Positions 11,759 to 24,883 of a DNA stretch of 64,000 nucleotides are shown in pieces. Where the stretch lies: positions 54,810,001 to 54,874,000 of the forward strand of contig CM052816.1 in NCBI GenBank assembly GCA_028534125.1, read 5' to 3'. The notes beneath the pieces were generated by a model, which was not told where the DNA came from, made no database searches, and saw only the letters and a program-made list of their open reading frames with translations. Each line of letters opens with the position of its first letter. Within the stretch, counting starts at the first letter, position 1. Origin of the DNA: Lama glama. Taxonomy: Eukaryota. Position numbers and translations under genes: made by a program.

Positions 11759-13649
11759 CTAGAAAAAGCCCAAACCAAATCAAATGGTTTGACTCTATGG
11801 ATAGAGTTTTCAACAATGTATATTCTCTCTGGCCGGCGAAGGCTTTGTGGGGCTGTATTTTTCTCCAATGGAGATTTCAAAGACGGTATGTTTTAAAAGG
11901 AAGCTGTCATTTGTAAGATGAGTGGTTCTTATTCGAGAAACCGAAGGATCTAAAAACAAGTTCTCAGCTTTAATTTCAATCAAGAAGGCAGAAATGAACT
12001 AACAATGGATCAAGACTAATAATACTGGGTGACATGGTATAAGTATCGCACCCCTCTTGTTACCAAATTTCAAAATAACTTTCTTGATTGAACGAATTCT
12101 TTCTCTTCAAGTCCCACTCAAATTCACTGCAGTGTGACGTCTAGCGACATCACGTCGCCGGGAGAGCTCTTCTTGGCTTCCGATTGCCAACTCCTGTGAC
12201 CTTCCCTCCGCTCCTCCCATCCTCTCCGTGCAAGCTCTCACCCTCCTCCAGCTGGACCACCCTCTCCCTTACCCACCTCCCTTCCCGTTAGAGTCTGACA
12301 GTGCTGTATTCTCGTCCTTGTCTGATCTGGTCATCCTTCTGTTCCCTTCTCTAGCCTCGATCCCAACATTTTAATTGTCTTCCTTCACTTCTTCCTACAT
12401 GCGCTCCCCTCAGATTTCATTCACACACGTAGCTTCAACTACCAACTTCCAGGAATCTATCCTCTGATCTCAATGTCTAATTCCTGTCTCCTTCCTGGGA
12501 GCTGGTCTTGAATTTCCAATGTTCTGCTGGATAGATCCACACAGCCTATACCTGTAGCTCAAATTCAGTGTGCTGGAAATCTAAACCTCAGTCTCTGAAC
12601 TGTCGCTCCAATATATGCTGCTCATGCGCAGCCAGCAGATCAACCTTCTCAAAACGTGAAGTGGTCGTGTCAGTAAACTCTCCTCAAATACCCTTCACCG
12701 CTTCCCAGGAAGTAACGAGAACCTCAGTACTTGGGCCCGGAAGCAGTGTCTCCCATGATCCGGCCCAACCCATCTTTCCAGCCTCACTTCCGGGGGGCCA
12801 CTAGTTAAGTCACTCTTGGCTGGACTAATCTACCCTCCTTCTCGCACCCAGGCCCATGCTGTTTCTATCACCATTCTGCTTAATTTCTCTTTTCTGTTTC
12901 TTTTTATAAAAACGGTAGATATTCTTCAAGGTGTTGGGTCAACTGCCTTCTTTTCCATAAAATCTTCATCGACTGACCTAGTTGGAACTTTTCTTTCCAT
13001 CCCTCTGATCTGTTCCACTGTGCACATCATTCCTTTAGCACTTACCTTGTTCTACTGCATAGCATAGCTTATACACACCTTGAGGGCAGAGCTAATATTA
13101 GCCTGGCTAACAGCTTGAGACCTATAGGACTAGCATCGCTTAAGGTATCAGGAAGTCAGGAAGGTGGTTAAGATCCATCTGGTTGGCTAAGGGCATCTTC
13201 TCATGTCCCCCTCACCTCCCCACATTCATTATAACTACCAACACATTTTTTTATATTAACTGAGTCAGAAAATAAATTAGCAAAAAGCAGCTTAAGTTCC
13301 AGGAAGAAGGAAAGACTACGTAGCAGAAATCATTACCCTTATCTGTTGATGGCTTTATTTCCCACATAAGTCTACTTAAGTCAGATTTTCTCATTGACTT
13401 TCAAAAAGCTTTGTATACCTGCAAAATCAGAAGTGAATTTAGCAGTAGAAAAGGTATCACTGGCGAGAGAAAGCTGTACCTGAATACTTTTATATTGACG
13501 TAGAAGGTTCTCAAGAAATTTTATGTATTTCAGTACATATAAATAACTTCAAAGGATAATTTTTAAATTATTTTAGTAAATCGGAGATAGCCACCGCTAA
13601 CAAAAGGATCTACTCATTGGTAGCCTTGCATATGTACTGATGTACGTAC

Positions 13650-13813
13650 TTTATTTCTTCCTCCAGAGCAGTTTGAAAAAGCTTGAGGAGTAGATACTCT
13701 TCTCGCTGATTGGATGCATAGTTGTACAGTGTGAAAATCACAGTGTCCATAAATTTGGTTGACTTGTTCTGTGGCATCTGGAAGATCAGCTTAGCCAGGT
13801 ACAAAGGGTTGGT
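13650..13813 (-). CDS. IQGAP2: IQGAP2 exon (probable 23): TNPLYLAKLIFQMPQNKSTKFMDTVIFTLYNYASNQREEYLLLKLFQTALEEEI
   Basis: ctttag acceptor, gtacgt donor; 164 nt. Confidence 0.96.
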
Positions 13814-14392
13814 CTAAAGGAAAGAAGGAAGAAGAACCACCCCCCGAACTGTATGTTAATAAATTATTAAAGCAGAGAAGAGCACCCAGTTCCCTGCTCT
13901 TCAAAGACTCACTGTGTATAAAGCATATAGTATCTGGCACACACTAAGACTGTGAAAGGTAGCAGCTAATATGAGTACCATACCACAGGAAGTTGTATTA
14001 GAAAGTTACGGTAAGATTTACACTTTATATACTATATAATGACATATGTGATGAAATATGTACACTTTACACCAGTCACCATTTGGAGCCACATGTTAAA
14101 ATTTATTGTAGAGACACAGAAGAGAGAGGGGGTGGCCGAGAGATCCGGTATCCGAAGAGACAGGTAAGAGTAGACCAAGGGCCCGAGGAGGATCAATGAA
14201 TGAAGAGAGGGAAAGACATCCCATAGTCTGAGAGTAGAAAGAAAAAGAAAAGGACACATTTACATTTGGAGACAGTAGATGGCCATGATGTTTTAGAAGG
14301 AGTGAGCTGGGGAGGTGAAGAGAGGGGTGAAGGTCAGGCTAATTGATGGGGGAAATGCTAACCGATAAGGAAAAAAAAAAAGGACAATTTAA

Positions 14393-14590
14393 TACTAACT
14401 ACTATATATAAAGTAGATAACCAACAAGTTTCTTCTGTACAGCACAGGGAACTATGTTCAATAGCTTGTAGTAACCTATAATGAAAAAGATATGAAAAGG
14501 AATATATGTATGTCTACGTATGACTGAAACATTATGCTATACACCAGAAACTGACACATTATAACTGACTATATTTCAGTTAAAAAAAAA
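14393..14590 (+). mobile_element. Short L1 3' end fragment with a perfect TSD
   Basis: Same 3' motif; aaaaaaaaaggacaatttaa on both sides. Confidence 0.88.
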
Positions 14591-16344
14591 GGACAATTTA
14601 AAAGCCTTGAGAGCTCTGCTGAGGATGGTCTAAGAGAGGTAGCACCAGGCTTCGTGGGAATGTGATTTTTCTCCAATAGCTACACCAAGCAGATGGAGAT
14701 GAGAAGAGAAAGAACAGTATTTACATTACAGAGAAATTTCACAGTCTGGCTCTTCCATTTTCTGATGAGGAAAAAAAAATTTCCATACACGGAAACCAGT
14801 ATTTACCTAATATACTCAAGCAGTTTGGCTTTAAAGTTTTTAAGAAAACCCAAATTCTAGTTTAATTTACCACTTGGATTTACTTTCAAGTTCGTGATGA
14901 ATGGCTGAAATTTTATGATGCAGCAGCTCAGGACAACTTTTTCCTTAGACTTCCGGGGTGATTCTTTCCCCACACTAAGCATGTGGGATTATGAGAAAGG
15001 AAAATTACTCTAAAGCTGAAGAAGCCCACTCCTTATTCCTCTCAGATGACCATTTTAGGCTCATCCTGAAGAGACAAGCCCACAACAAAATCTACACTAG
15101 CTGACCTGCTGCTTCGGCTAACATTTCCAAGGGCGAGAGGGCTCCACACTGTTTCCTCACTGGTCTTGGGTTAATGTCATCAAAGAAGAGAGAAGAAAAG
15201 GTGAAGAAAAATACATGATTTCCTGACACTTCACTCGGTACAATGGTCATGCCCTGGTTCTATCCGTTTTGGATTGCTGAGGGACTAAAACTTGGTGGAA
15301 TTATTCTAAGCACACCCTTGTGCTTTTTCTCCTTTCCATTAGTGAGCCTCCACTTACATAACAGGGTAAACAATAGAAATCTGAGGCTGATGACTACATT
15401 TTCACTTTCCCAAATGACACAAATTCAATCAAAATGCAACACTAGAAGACTAAATCCTAAGAAGCTTCATATAATCAGAAGTTCATGGAAATCAAAAATG
15501 ATAAATGCTGAAGATTAAACTTCCAACTGGTGGATGACTACTAACCTCATTTCAGCGGGAAAAAAAAAAAAAATCCTTCCCTGCCTAGCGGGAGTCCTCT
15601 TTCTTTCTGGAAAAGTAGCTGTTGCTAAGCAGTGGATTCAACAGACAAGTCTGTTTCAACATTTTTCCTTCTATGCTGCCACCTCGTGGACATCTGGGGC
15701 ACTACACCTGTTTTCCAATCTATTCCAAGTAGAGAATGCTCAAGTCTATCAAAATCAGTGTCTCTTCTCCCAGCGGGACTTAGCCACATCTCGTTTGTGG
15801 TTTGGGTAACGTGTTCTCTGTGCACCTAATGCCAGTGATGTCCTCAAGCAGGGTTCAAGCATCTCCAGGCTTTCATGAAATCACTGACAGCAAGGGTGGG
15901 GGGGAACGATGCCTGACTTTCAAAAAAAAAACTGCTGATCCAGCTCTTTTGGGAAAGTTTTCCTGCTGAAGGGGAAACTTTGTTTCTACCTCTCACTATC
16001 GCTTCCTCTGTCTCCCTTGGGACTCATTGTCTGGGCTGGTAGGGCAGATGAGGTCAGTTAATAATCAAACAAAACACAAACCGATCAGAGTCCAGCTGTA
16101 ACCAGTTCAACTTAGTTCTCACCCACACTCTGGAAGCAATGGAAAGTGACTGTTCATTTGGATCATAGTGATGCCACGGAAATAATGAAATAAAAAATAA
16201 ATCATATTTCCCTAATTCAAACTCTCTTCAAAAGAAGGGCAGGCTGGTTCTGGTACAGACCTGTTTTTCATATACTTTAATTTTTTCATGGGTGACAGCT
16301 TACGTTCCTATTAGATTTATACTGCTTTTGCAGATAATTGTAGT

Positions 16345-16575
16345 ATAATGTAGTCATGAAGGGCATGAATAAAGTCTGAAGTCAAACTACCGGGCTTCCT
16401 TGCTTTGCCATTTACTGGCTGTGTCTCAGTTTTCTCATATGTAATATGGGAATAACAGTAAGAATTATTTTCTGATGGCTCCCAGGTAGTAAGAATTAAA
16501 TGAGATACTGTATATAAAGCATCTAGACTAGCACTTGGTACTTAGTAGATGCTCAGAACATGTAAACTATTATAG
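16345..16575. mobile_element. MIR
   Basis: gtctcagttttctcatatgtaatatgggaataa core and taaatgagata..gcacttgg tail. Confidence 0.7.
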
Positions 16576-16662
16576 CTTTAGCCTGGGAGGAGATTCCTTG
16601 GAAACCACGGATGTGGAACACAGCATTTACCCAACACTCACAGTGAAAGAAATTGTTCTCAC

Positions 16663-16812
16663 CTGTAAAAGATAGAAAAGCTGCTGATATGTTTCCAGTG
16701 TTTTTCTCCTCTCCTTACTCAAACTTTTGATCCCCTGGTTGTCAGTGTTATTCAGTATTTCCATTTCTCCACCTTTTTTCTTATTCAGTTTCGTTCTGTG
16801 TGAAATTACATC
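16663..16812 (-). CDS. IQGAP2: IQGAP2 exon (probable 22): DVISHRTKLNKKKGGEMEILNNTDNQGIKSLSKERRKTLETYQQLFYLLQ
   Basis: ttccag acceptor, gtgaga donor; 150 nt. Confidence 0.96.
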
Positions 16813-17702
16813 CTGGAAAAAATTTTATGAAATTACTACTTTTAACTCTAGTACTCAACTTCCTCCCCTCACAGACACCCTGAGACACACATGGTTGGAA
16901 AGACTGATTTTCCACATTTCCCTCATGAAAAAACAGAGGGAAGGACATCAAACAAATTAAGGAAATCCAGCTTGCAGGTGAATATTGTGTTCTCCAAAGT
17001 TGCGCACATTTGCCCTTAAGGTGTAACAGAGGTCCCAAGACAATTCAATAGGGATAGGATAGTCTTTTCAGCAAATGATGCTGGGACCACTGGATATCCA
17101 GGTTCAACGGAAAGAGGTCAGGCCCCTACCTCAACCCATAAACAAAAATTAACTCAAAAGAGATCAAAGAACCAAATGTAAAAGCTAAAACTGTAAAACT
17201 CTTGAAAGGAAACCTAGGCAAAAATAGTTGTGATCCTGGATTAAGCAACGGCTTCTTTTGGGCATGTGTTTCATAGTTTATTTAATTACATTCCTCTTGA
17301 TGGACAATTAGTTTCTTTACATGTTATTACTATTTCAAAGACCGTGTAGTGAACCTTCTTGTATATGCATCTTTGTGCATGTGGGCAATGGTTTCTTAGA
17401 TAAGACACCAAAAGCACTCGTGACAAAAGAAAAAAATAGATGAGGTGGATTTCATAAAAATTAAAACCTTTGTGCTTCAAAGAACATTATCAATAAAGTG
17501 AAAGACAGCCCATAGAATGAGAGAAAATATTTGCAAATCATTTATTGGATAAGAGGTTCGTATCCACAATATGCTATAAAGAACTTCTACATCTCAAAAA
17601 TAAAAAGACAAACCACCCGATAAAAAATGAGCCAAGAATTAAAAAAAATTTTGCATCTAAGTGAGTGAGTCTGAATGTGTCACTCACCTCATCCTATTCA
17701 GG

Positions 17703-17851
17703 CTTTATTTCATTTTTTCTTTTTTGGGGGGAGAAGGCTAATTAGGTTTACTTATTTTATTCATTTATTTTTCAACAGAGGTACTGGGGATTGAACCCAG
17801 GACCTCATACATGCTAAGCATGTGCTCTACCACTGAGCTATATCCTCCCCA
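17703..17851 (-). mobile_element. tRNA-derived SINE nested in L1
   Basis: Same consensus with A/B boxes. Confidence 0.88.
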
Positions 17852-18188
17852 CCTAGGCAAAGGATTTGAATAGACATTTTTCCAAAGAGGATCTACAAAT
17901 GGCTAATAAACACATGAAGAGACACTCAACACTATGAGTTATTTGGCAGTTCCTCAAAAGTTAAACACCAGTTACTATATGACCCAGCAATTTTGCTCTT
18001 AGGTATATACCCAAGAGAACTGAAAACATGTGTCCACACAAAAACATGTGCATGAATGCTCACCGCAGAATTACTCATACTAGCTGAAAAGAGGAAACAA
18101 CTCAAATGTCCATCAACTGATAAATGGACAAAAAAAAAGTGGTATATCCACATAATGGAATGCTATTTCTCAATAAAGAGGAATAAAG

Positions 18189-18670
18189 ATGACTGGATAA
18201 AGAAGATGTGGTATATTTATACAATGGAATACTATTCAGCCATAAAAATCAACAACATAATGCCATTTGCAGAAACGTGGGTGTTCCTGGAGAATGTCAT
18301 TTTAAGTGAGCCAGAAAAAGAAAGAAAAATACCACGAGATGGCTCATATGTGCTAAAACAAAACAAAGCAAAACAAAACATAAATACAAAACAGAAACAG
18401 ACTCATAGACATAGGATACGAACTCGTGGTTGCCAAGGGAGTGGGGGGTGGGAAGGGACAGACTGGGATTTCAAAATGTAGAATAGATAAACGTGACTAT
18501 ACTGTATTGCACAGGGAAACGTATACAAGACCTTGTGGTAGCTCACAGCGAAAAAAAATGTGGCAATGAATATATGTACGTTCACGTATAACTGAAAAAT
18601 TGTGCTCTACACTGGAATTCGACATAACATTGTAAAATGACTATAACTCAATAAAAAATGTTACAAAAAA
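18189..18670 (+). mobile_element. Younger lineage-specific L1 3' end, 5' truncated
   Basis: DWIKKMWYIYTMEYYSAIK ORF2 terminus, G-rich tract, AATAAA and A-tail; closely similar to the copy at 63789-64000. Confidence 0.88.
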
Positions 18671-19840
18671 ATGAACAAAGTCTAAAATAGCCTGCATGGA
18701 AAGCAGTGTCTTCCAGGCATAGCCAAGTATTGCTTTAAAAAAGAAATGAACCTTGGAGAAGAATTTGAGAATATGTGGAGAATGTACTGATGATAGATGG
18801 TAACTTACAGAAAGTGGAAGAGTAGATTAAAATTATGATATGCTCAGTGAAATATGTGGTTAAACTTCTGTACAATCACCACGTATTAGTTATGTCCTTG
18901 GGCAATGTACTTAACCTACCTGTGTCTTAAAATCCTCATTGCAAAATTAGGATAAAGAGAGCTGCTTTGTAAAAAAAAAAAAAAAAAAAAGAATAAAGTA
19001 CTAATTCATGCTACAGCATGGGTGAACCTCAGAAACACTATGCTAAGTATAAGAAGCTGGTCACAGCCGACCACATGCTGTGTGATTTTATCAAGACAAA
19101 ATATCCAGAAGAGGCAAATCTACAGAGACAGAAAGGAGATTAAAGGTTGCTGCGACTGGGAGTTGGAGTGCATGGGCAGTGACTATTAATTAATATGGGT
19201 GTTTTTCCTTCAGTTTTTAAAATTGAAGTGTTATTCACATACTATAAACTTCATCCTTTTAAAGAATACAATTCAGTACTGTCCAGTATAGTCACGAGGT
19301 TGTGCAACCATCACCACGATCTCATTCCAGAACACTGTCTTTGGGGTTTCTTTTTTGGGGTGAATGCTCTGGAGTCAGAGAGAAGTGATGGTTGCACAAT
19401 TTTGGGAATATACTCAACACCACTAAGTTGTAACCTTTAAGAGATGAATCATATCTTTTCAACTGATAAAAGCAATCACAAAAAAAATCCGCAGTGTAGA
19501 AATTAATTAGAGATGGATTATTTAACAAAATTAAGTTTTGCTTCCTGCCCCTCCCCCATCATGCCCCTTTAACCATTTATAGGGAATCTTGGGAAATGGG
19601 TGGCTGAAAACATTGTCAAGGGGTTACCTCAGGCTACTGTGTCCCCTTCAGGGGCTTAAAGGGTCATGAACAAGAGTAGGTCCTTTACGAGGAGATGTCT
19701 ACCAAACATTTTTATGGAGACCCACAGTAAAAAGTATAGTTGAGGTCTTTGACACACACTCCCCCACACACTATATAAAACAACACTTATTCTTACTGCT
19801 GGGACACACTGGTATGTTCAGTTGGCTTTCATTCTACTCC

Positions 19841-19990
19841 TTTTGTTGTTGTTGCTGTTGTTTTGGTGGGGGGAGGAGGTAATTCGGTTTATTAACTTAT
19901 TAATTTTAATGGAGGTACTAGGGATTGAACCCAGGACTTCACCCATGTTAAGCATACGCTCTGCCACCGAGCTGTACCCTTCCCACCCCT
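19841..19990 (-). mobile_element. tRNA-derived SINE
   Basis: Consensus match; TSD attctactcc / attctattcc. Confidence 0.88.
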
Positions 19991-22330
19991 ATTCTATTCC
20001 ATTGTTAAAGACTGCCCATGTGACACACTGAACTGGCTTTATGACCCGCTAACGGCACATGACTGACATGAAAGCCACGGCTCTAGAATGCCTCCTTTGC
20101 TCCTTAACACTGGGACACTGCCCCACACAGCAGGCGGCAAGAAAGTGGTTTTTCCTACAGCTTCTTCCATCTGCTTCCCTGAGCTCTTAGCCCGTCCTCC
20201 CCATGAGGACCCTGTTTGCAGCCAGTATCAGGATGCTCCACCACTGCTCCTGACTGGGGGCCCGCCGGGCACCGCAGGCAACACACGCTTTGCTGTCCAT
20301 GTACTGTTGGCCATCGGGCATCCCCACCCCCTGTCCACCAAATGCCAGCGGGATTCTCCTAGTCATTTTCACAACAAGAAAGGTGCCTGTCCCCATTTCT
20401 AACTATCCCTGGGGCTGAGAACTGCTGTATAGGACAAGCTCAAAATCTGCCTGCCTCCGGCAGCCCCTTCTCCCATAGCTGGGGTCAGCCCACGCGGAGG
20501 GGAAAAAGCCCTGGGGCCCCGAGGCTACACAGTTCCATGTGGTTGCTTACATCCATTGCCTTCTGGGTCTGTGACTTCATTCTCTCTCATTCTCAGCTTA
20601 GAGAGAGGCAACCTTGACTTCATTGACTTCTGTTCCCCTAACTGTTTATTGAGGTAAAGAGGGGAGTCTGATTTGCATTTCTATAGAAATTTTAAAAAGG
20701 TGACATTTCCCCCCTTATTTCACAAGTACATAAAACACATTCAAGATGAAGAAAGGAAGTGTAGTTATCTCCAGATGGAGGTGAAGGAGAAGCCTAGGCA
20801 GGCAGTGGCCTGACAGCCTTGGCTGTAAGAAGTCTGAAGCTATCACTAGACTACCCAGCTTACAGTTCCACTGAACCCAGGTGTCTCCTCTTCAAATAAC
20901 TGGTGACACGGAGATCATTCAGTTCCCTCAAATGCATGGAATACATTGATTATCTTGATATTAAATATATAGAGGGAAAAAACTTGGTATTTTCAACCTC
21001 CCCATCAGTGCCCCTCTGCCTAACTATTTTCAGTGGAAGTTGCTCTGGAAACCGGAGACTCTTCCTTCATGTTGCTGTAGACTTCATCTTTAGGGTAATG
21101 CTTTGTGACACACACAGAAGACGAGAGCATGGGGTGCCAAGCAAGCTCTGGCACAGAACTAAATTCCTTTGCATTATTAATAGATTTGGTGAAGATGGGA
21201 CAGGAAGGGTCATGGAGGAAAGGAAATAGCAGAGTCAAATGCTGAGCCCTGGAGGGGAAGCTGGGAGGGGAGGGGAAAGCGAGCAGCTGTGCAGAGGGAA
21301 CAGCCTGTCTGCTGGAGATCCGAGGGCAGAGCCGTGCACTTGAACGTGCTAAGCCTGTCTTTCCTCTTCCCCGTGAAAGGATGCCTGGCTCACAAAATCT
21401 CTGGTGTGAACGGAGGTTTGCTTTGGGAGTCTTGAAAGGGACAAAGGCCAACCCAGACAGGGGTTCCAAAGAGAGGCACATGCTTTTTATTAATAGAAAT
21501 TTAGTGTCCTCTATTTTTATCTATAAATTTTGAACATTTGAGGAATACCGGTTTGAAGGAGCAACAGTATTTAACTTGTTCATAATATTCCCGCATCTCG
21601 ATGTTGCCCTAATTGCCACCATCTTTCCCCACCCAGGGTAACAGGGTATCTGCATGCAGGTGGTATGCTACAGTATACACACTTTTGGAGAAGGTGTGGA
21701 CTGGTACAAATGGCTTGGGCTTTGGGGTCATAAAAGTATGGGTATCTGCAAAGCATGATATGCTTTTGACCTTGCTCTCCAAGACTCAGCTTCCTTAAAA
21801 CCTATAAAGTGGGCTAAATAATAGCATTCACTGAGTTGCTGTGAGGATTAAAAACAATCCATGAAACACACTAGCACATTTTCCAGCAAGAAAACAAGGC
21901 TCAGAGAGGTTAAGGAGCATGCCCAAGGAACATGCTAATATAAGCAGTGAAGTGGTGAAATTAAGAAACAACATGAATTTCAATTCTGGGTTTTGGGCAA
22001 CGCCGGCCTGCAAGTCTGCACTTACATGACACGTCACACTCATCAGTGGGAATTTTAGCAATTCAAGATTAACTTCAATTTCTACTTAGGTTTTCCCTCA
22101 AGCTAGTTTGCGTCTATACCTCTCTTCCTCCCTAGTCCTCCAAGAAACTTTGACTTCAGCTACTGTCTCTGTTTCTAAACTTTCCTTTTGCCCAAAACCA
22201 GCATTAGCCACCTCACTTGCCCCCTAACTGTCTGAGGTTTCTAGAAGGAATGCCAGCTTTAAAGAACTGTTAGACACACAGTTACAAGAGAGACCTAGAG
22301 TTGCGAAGAACTAAGATACTTCTTTTAAAA

Positions 22331-22470
22331 TCTTTTTATTCATTTAACTTTTTAAAGGGGGGAGGTAATTAGGCTTGTTTGTTTGTTTATTTAAATGGAG
22401 GCACTGGGGACTGAATCCAGGACCTCAAGCGTGCTAAGCAGGCACTCTACCCCTGAGCTATACCTTCCCC
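22331..22470 (-). mobile_element. tRNA-derived SINE
   Basis: Consensus match; aatctttt on both flanks. Confidence 0.88.
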
Positions 22471-23217
22471 TCTATAATCTTTTTTTCCCACTTAACACAT
22501 GCTGGTTGTTTAAAACATAAGTTTCCAGAAGATTAATTCTATCATGCAAAGAAAAATCACTTAATTTTTTTTCCTTTTAGCTTAAGAGTATCTATTTTTT
22601 ATAATAAAGGAACTCAAATTGTTTTACGTACTATTTTCTTCTCCATTATACTGCAAACCTTTCCCCATCCTTAAATATTCTTCAGAAAAGTTATTTTTAG
22701 TGGCTGTGTAACATAGACATTAGGCTGGTTCTACTGTCCTCTGTTGTTTTTTGGGTTTGGGTTGTTTCCCATTATTTCACTACTATAAATAAAGCTTCAT
22801 CTGCACTGTTCTTATCATCAAACCAAAAATGCTGCTATCAATGATAAGACCAAAGAGTACACATTTGATAATTAGTTTAACTTCTAATCAGTGTTTGATA
22901 AATACTTGGTGCTTGAAAATATGAGTTAAAAAATTAACTTTGTTTCACAAAGTTTTCATTAAGGATTTCTTAATGCTTTAAAAACATCTTTAACATTCAT
23001 AAAGATCTGAAAATCTGCCACAAACTACATATTTCTACTATTTACTCTTCTGCAACTAAGCCTTTATTTTAAAAGGCAAGGCATTTCCTGTTTACAACTT
23101 TATGGAAGGAGGGCAAAACAGCTGTTTAAGGCTATAAAAGGCAATCTCTGAAGGACCTTCTGGAATATATTATACTTTAAATGTTTTCATGTGTGTCAAA
23201 GAATACAAATGCTTATT

Positions 23218-23309
23218 CTTTTTCGGTTAATGGAGGTACTGGGGATTGAACCCAGGACCTCGTGCACGCTAACCATGCAGACTACCACTGAGCTATATTC
23301 CCGACCCCC
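23218..23309 (-). mobile_element. tRNA-derived SINE, short form
   Basis: tRNA-like head, lacking the second tail segment of the long form. Confidence 0.85.
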
Positions 23310-24674
23310 TACAAACACATTTATTTAAAAGAAGACTCAAGTACTATTGTTTTTTTGGATTAAAAAAAATGAAAGTAAGGTTAAATGCAGAATATTCAAA
23401 TTGTAGTTTTATTTCTTAATGTTTAGAGAAGATGATCATTTCCTCAGCAAGGAAATAACGACTCCTTATTTTCTCTGCATCGTTTGCTGGTATCTGTGTG
23501 AGGACTGGAGACAAGGGGCTCTTAGCTGGTAGCCTCCCATGCCTGCCCATCTCCTAGTTTTCCAGAACCTCACCGGAAGTTGGCTTTCTACCTCTGCCCA
23601 GGGAGGTCTTCTCCAAATATCCAGAAGGTCAGCTTCCCCCAGCCTGACCTATCAGTTCTCTGAAAGTTGATGTGGCATAGGAGCAGAGACGTAGAGAGAG
23701 GTCTTACCCTAGAAATCTCCCCTTCTTGGGTGAAAATGCTTTTCACGTGGTTTTAGGGACCTCTGACATCGGCAGGTTTCTCATAATATAAAACTACTGC
23801 ATTATTTATTTAGGGGCTGTTATTTGGGAAACGCCACCCTGTAGGGCTCATTCTGGAAATGTGTGTGGGGAGGTTAAATTAACATCTTATTGATTGGAGG
23901 GAGTGGGGGATGAGAGATGCTCAACTGTCCTGCAGTTTGTAGGATGGTCCTGTGTACATAATTGTCTACATCTTGCATGGCTGGATTTCTTAATGTCCTG
24001 CTGGTCATTTATGCAGGTCAAAATTCTGTATGTAATTGCTTGAACCTAGAATCTAATCATTTTACACATAAGCACAATATATATCCCTTAGAATTTTAGT
24101 ATAAACTTAATTTCCTAGGACAGCGGTTCCATGTCAAGTGGCAGGGGTGGGGGGAAGACCACACTTGGCTTATTCTGAATGTCACAAAGAGCTGGTCTTC
24201 ACTTTTGGAAAATGAACTCGTGGGCAGTTCCACCATCCACCTGACTGGGCTCACCTGAAACTCTGTCAGTGGTTATTCTGTGAAGAGGCCCAAGCCTCAG
24301 GTGACTTCATCACACCTTCTTACCGTTGTGGGCCCATGTATTTTCATATTGAAATAGGCATTTTTTACTACAAATTAATTTCTTTTTATTTCTCTTTTCT
24401 GCTTATAGAAAGGCTTTAGTCTTGTTATGAAGGTACAGATGAAAGCAGGCTTTATTTCATGTAAGTTTCCCTTCTGGATGGTACCAAATGTTATAAAAGG
24501 GGGGCATACAATTTTGCAGCTCTTAGAACCATTCAGTGGTAATAAAAATGGTAAACAGACTTTGGACCACTCCTTCTGGACTCCAGGTGAGCTGAGCTGA
24601 ACCCAGGTATTGTGGGCAAACAGATGAGCATCTTCTCTGTTCTAAGAGCCAAGAGTCCCACGAACCCCACTGAC

Positions 24675-24883
24675 CTCCAGCGTGATCCTGTTCTTCACCA
24701 GGAGGCCAATCTTAATGTCCATCAGGTTCAGGTCTTTCTCAAGCTGCTGATTGCCCCTGATCTTGGTCACCACCTCTTCCCTTAATCGTGCTACCTCCAG
24801 CTCCTCCTGAAAATCCAAGTCACTTTGGTCCAACAGGTGTACAAATTTGCGGATTACTGTTAATGGTGGGTTTTCAGAGCCAA
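24675..24883 (-). CDS. IQGAP2: IQGAP2 exon (probable 21): GSENPPLTVIRKFVHLLDQSDLDFQEELEVARL...KNRITLE
   Basis: ttgcag acceptor, gtcagt donor; 209 nt. Confidence 0.96.

Larger units (their letters stand above)
17015..19470 (+). mobile_element. Old L1 (L1MB-like) ORF2 end and 3' UTR carrying at least four nested insertions
   Basis: ORF2 remnants (aaaattaactcaaa, KCPSTDKW..KKWYIH.MEC); boundaries approximate. Confidence 0.85.

Noticed and set aside
18056..18481. 141-aa ORF with a repeated KKWYI-type motif
   Set aside because: Chance fusion of two nested L1 ORF2 ends
20903..21481. Long overlapping ORFs (108 and 153 aa) and similar intronic ORFs at 29766 and 36365
   Set aside because: No recognisable domains or splice context; expected by chance in introns
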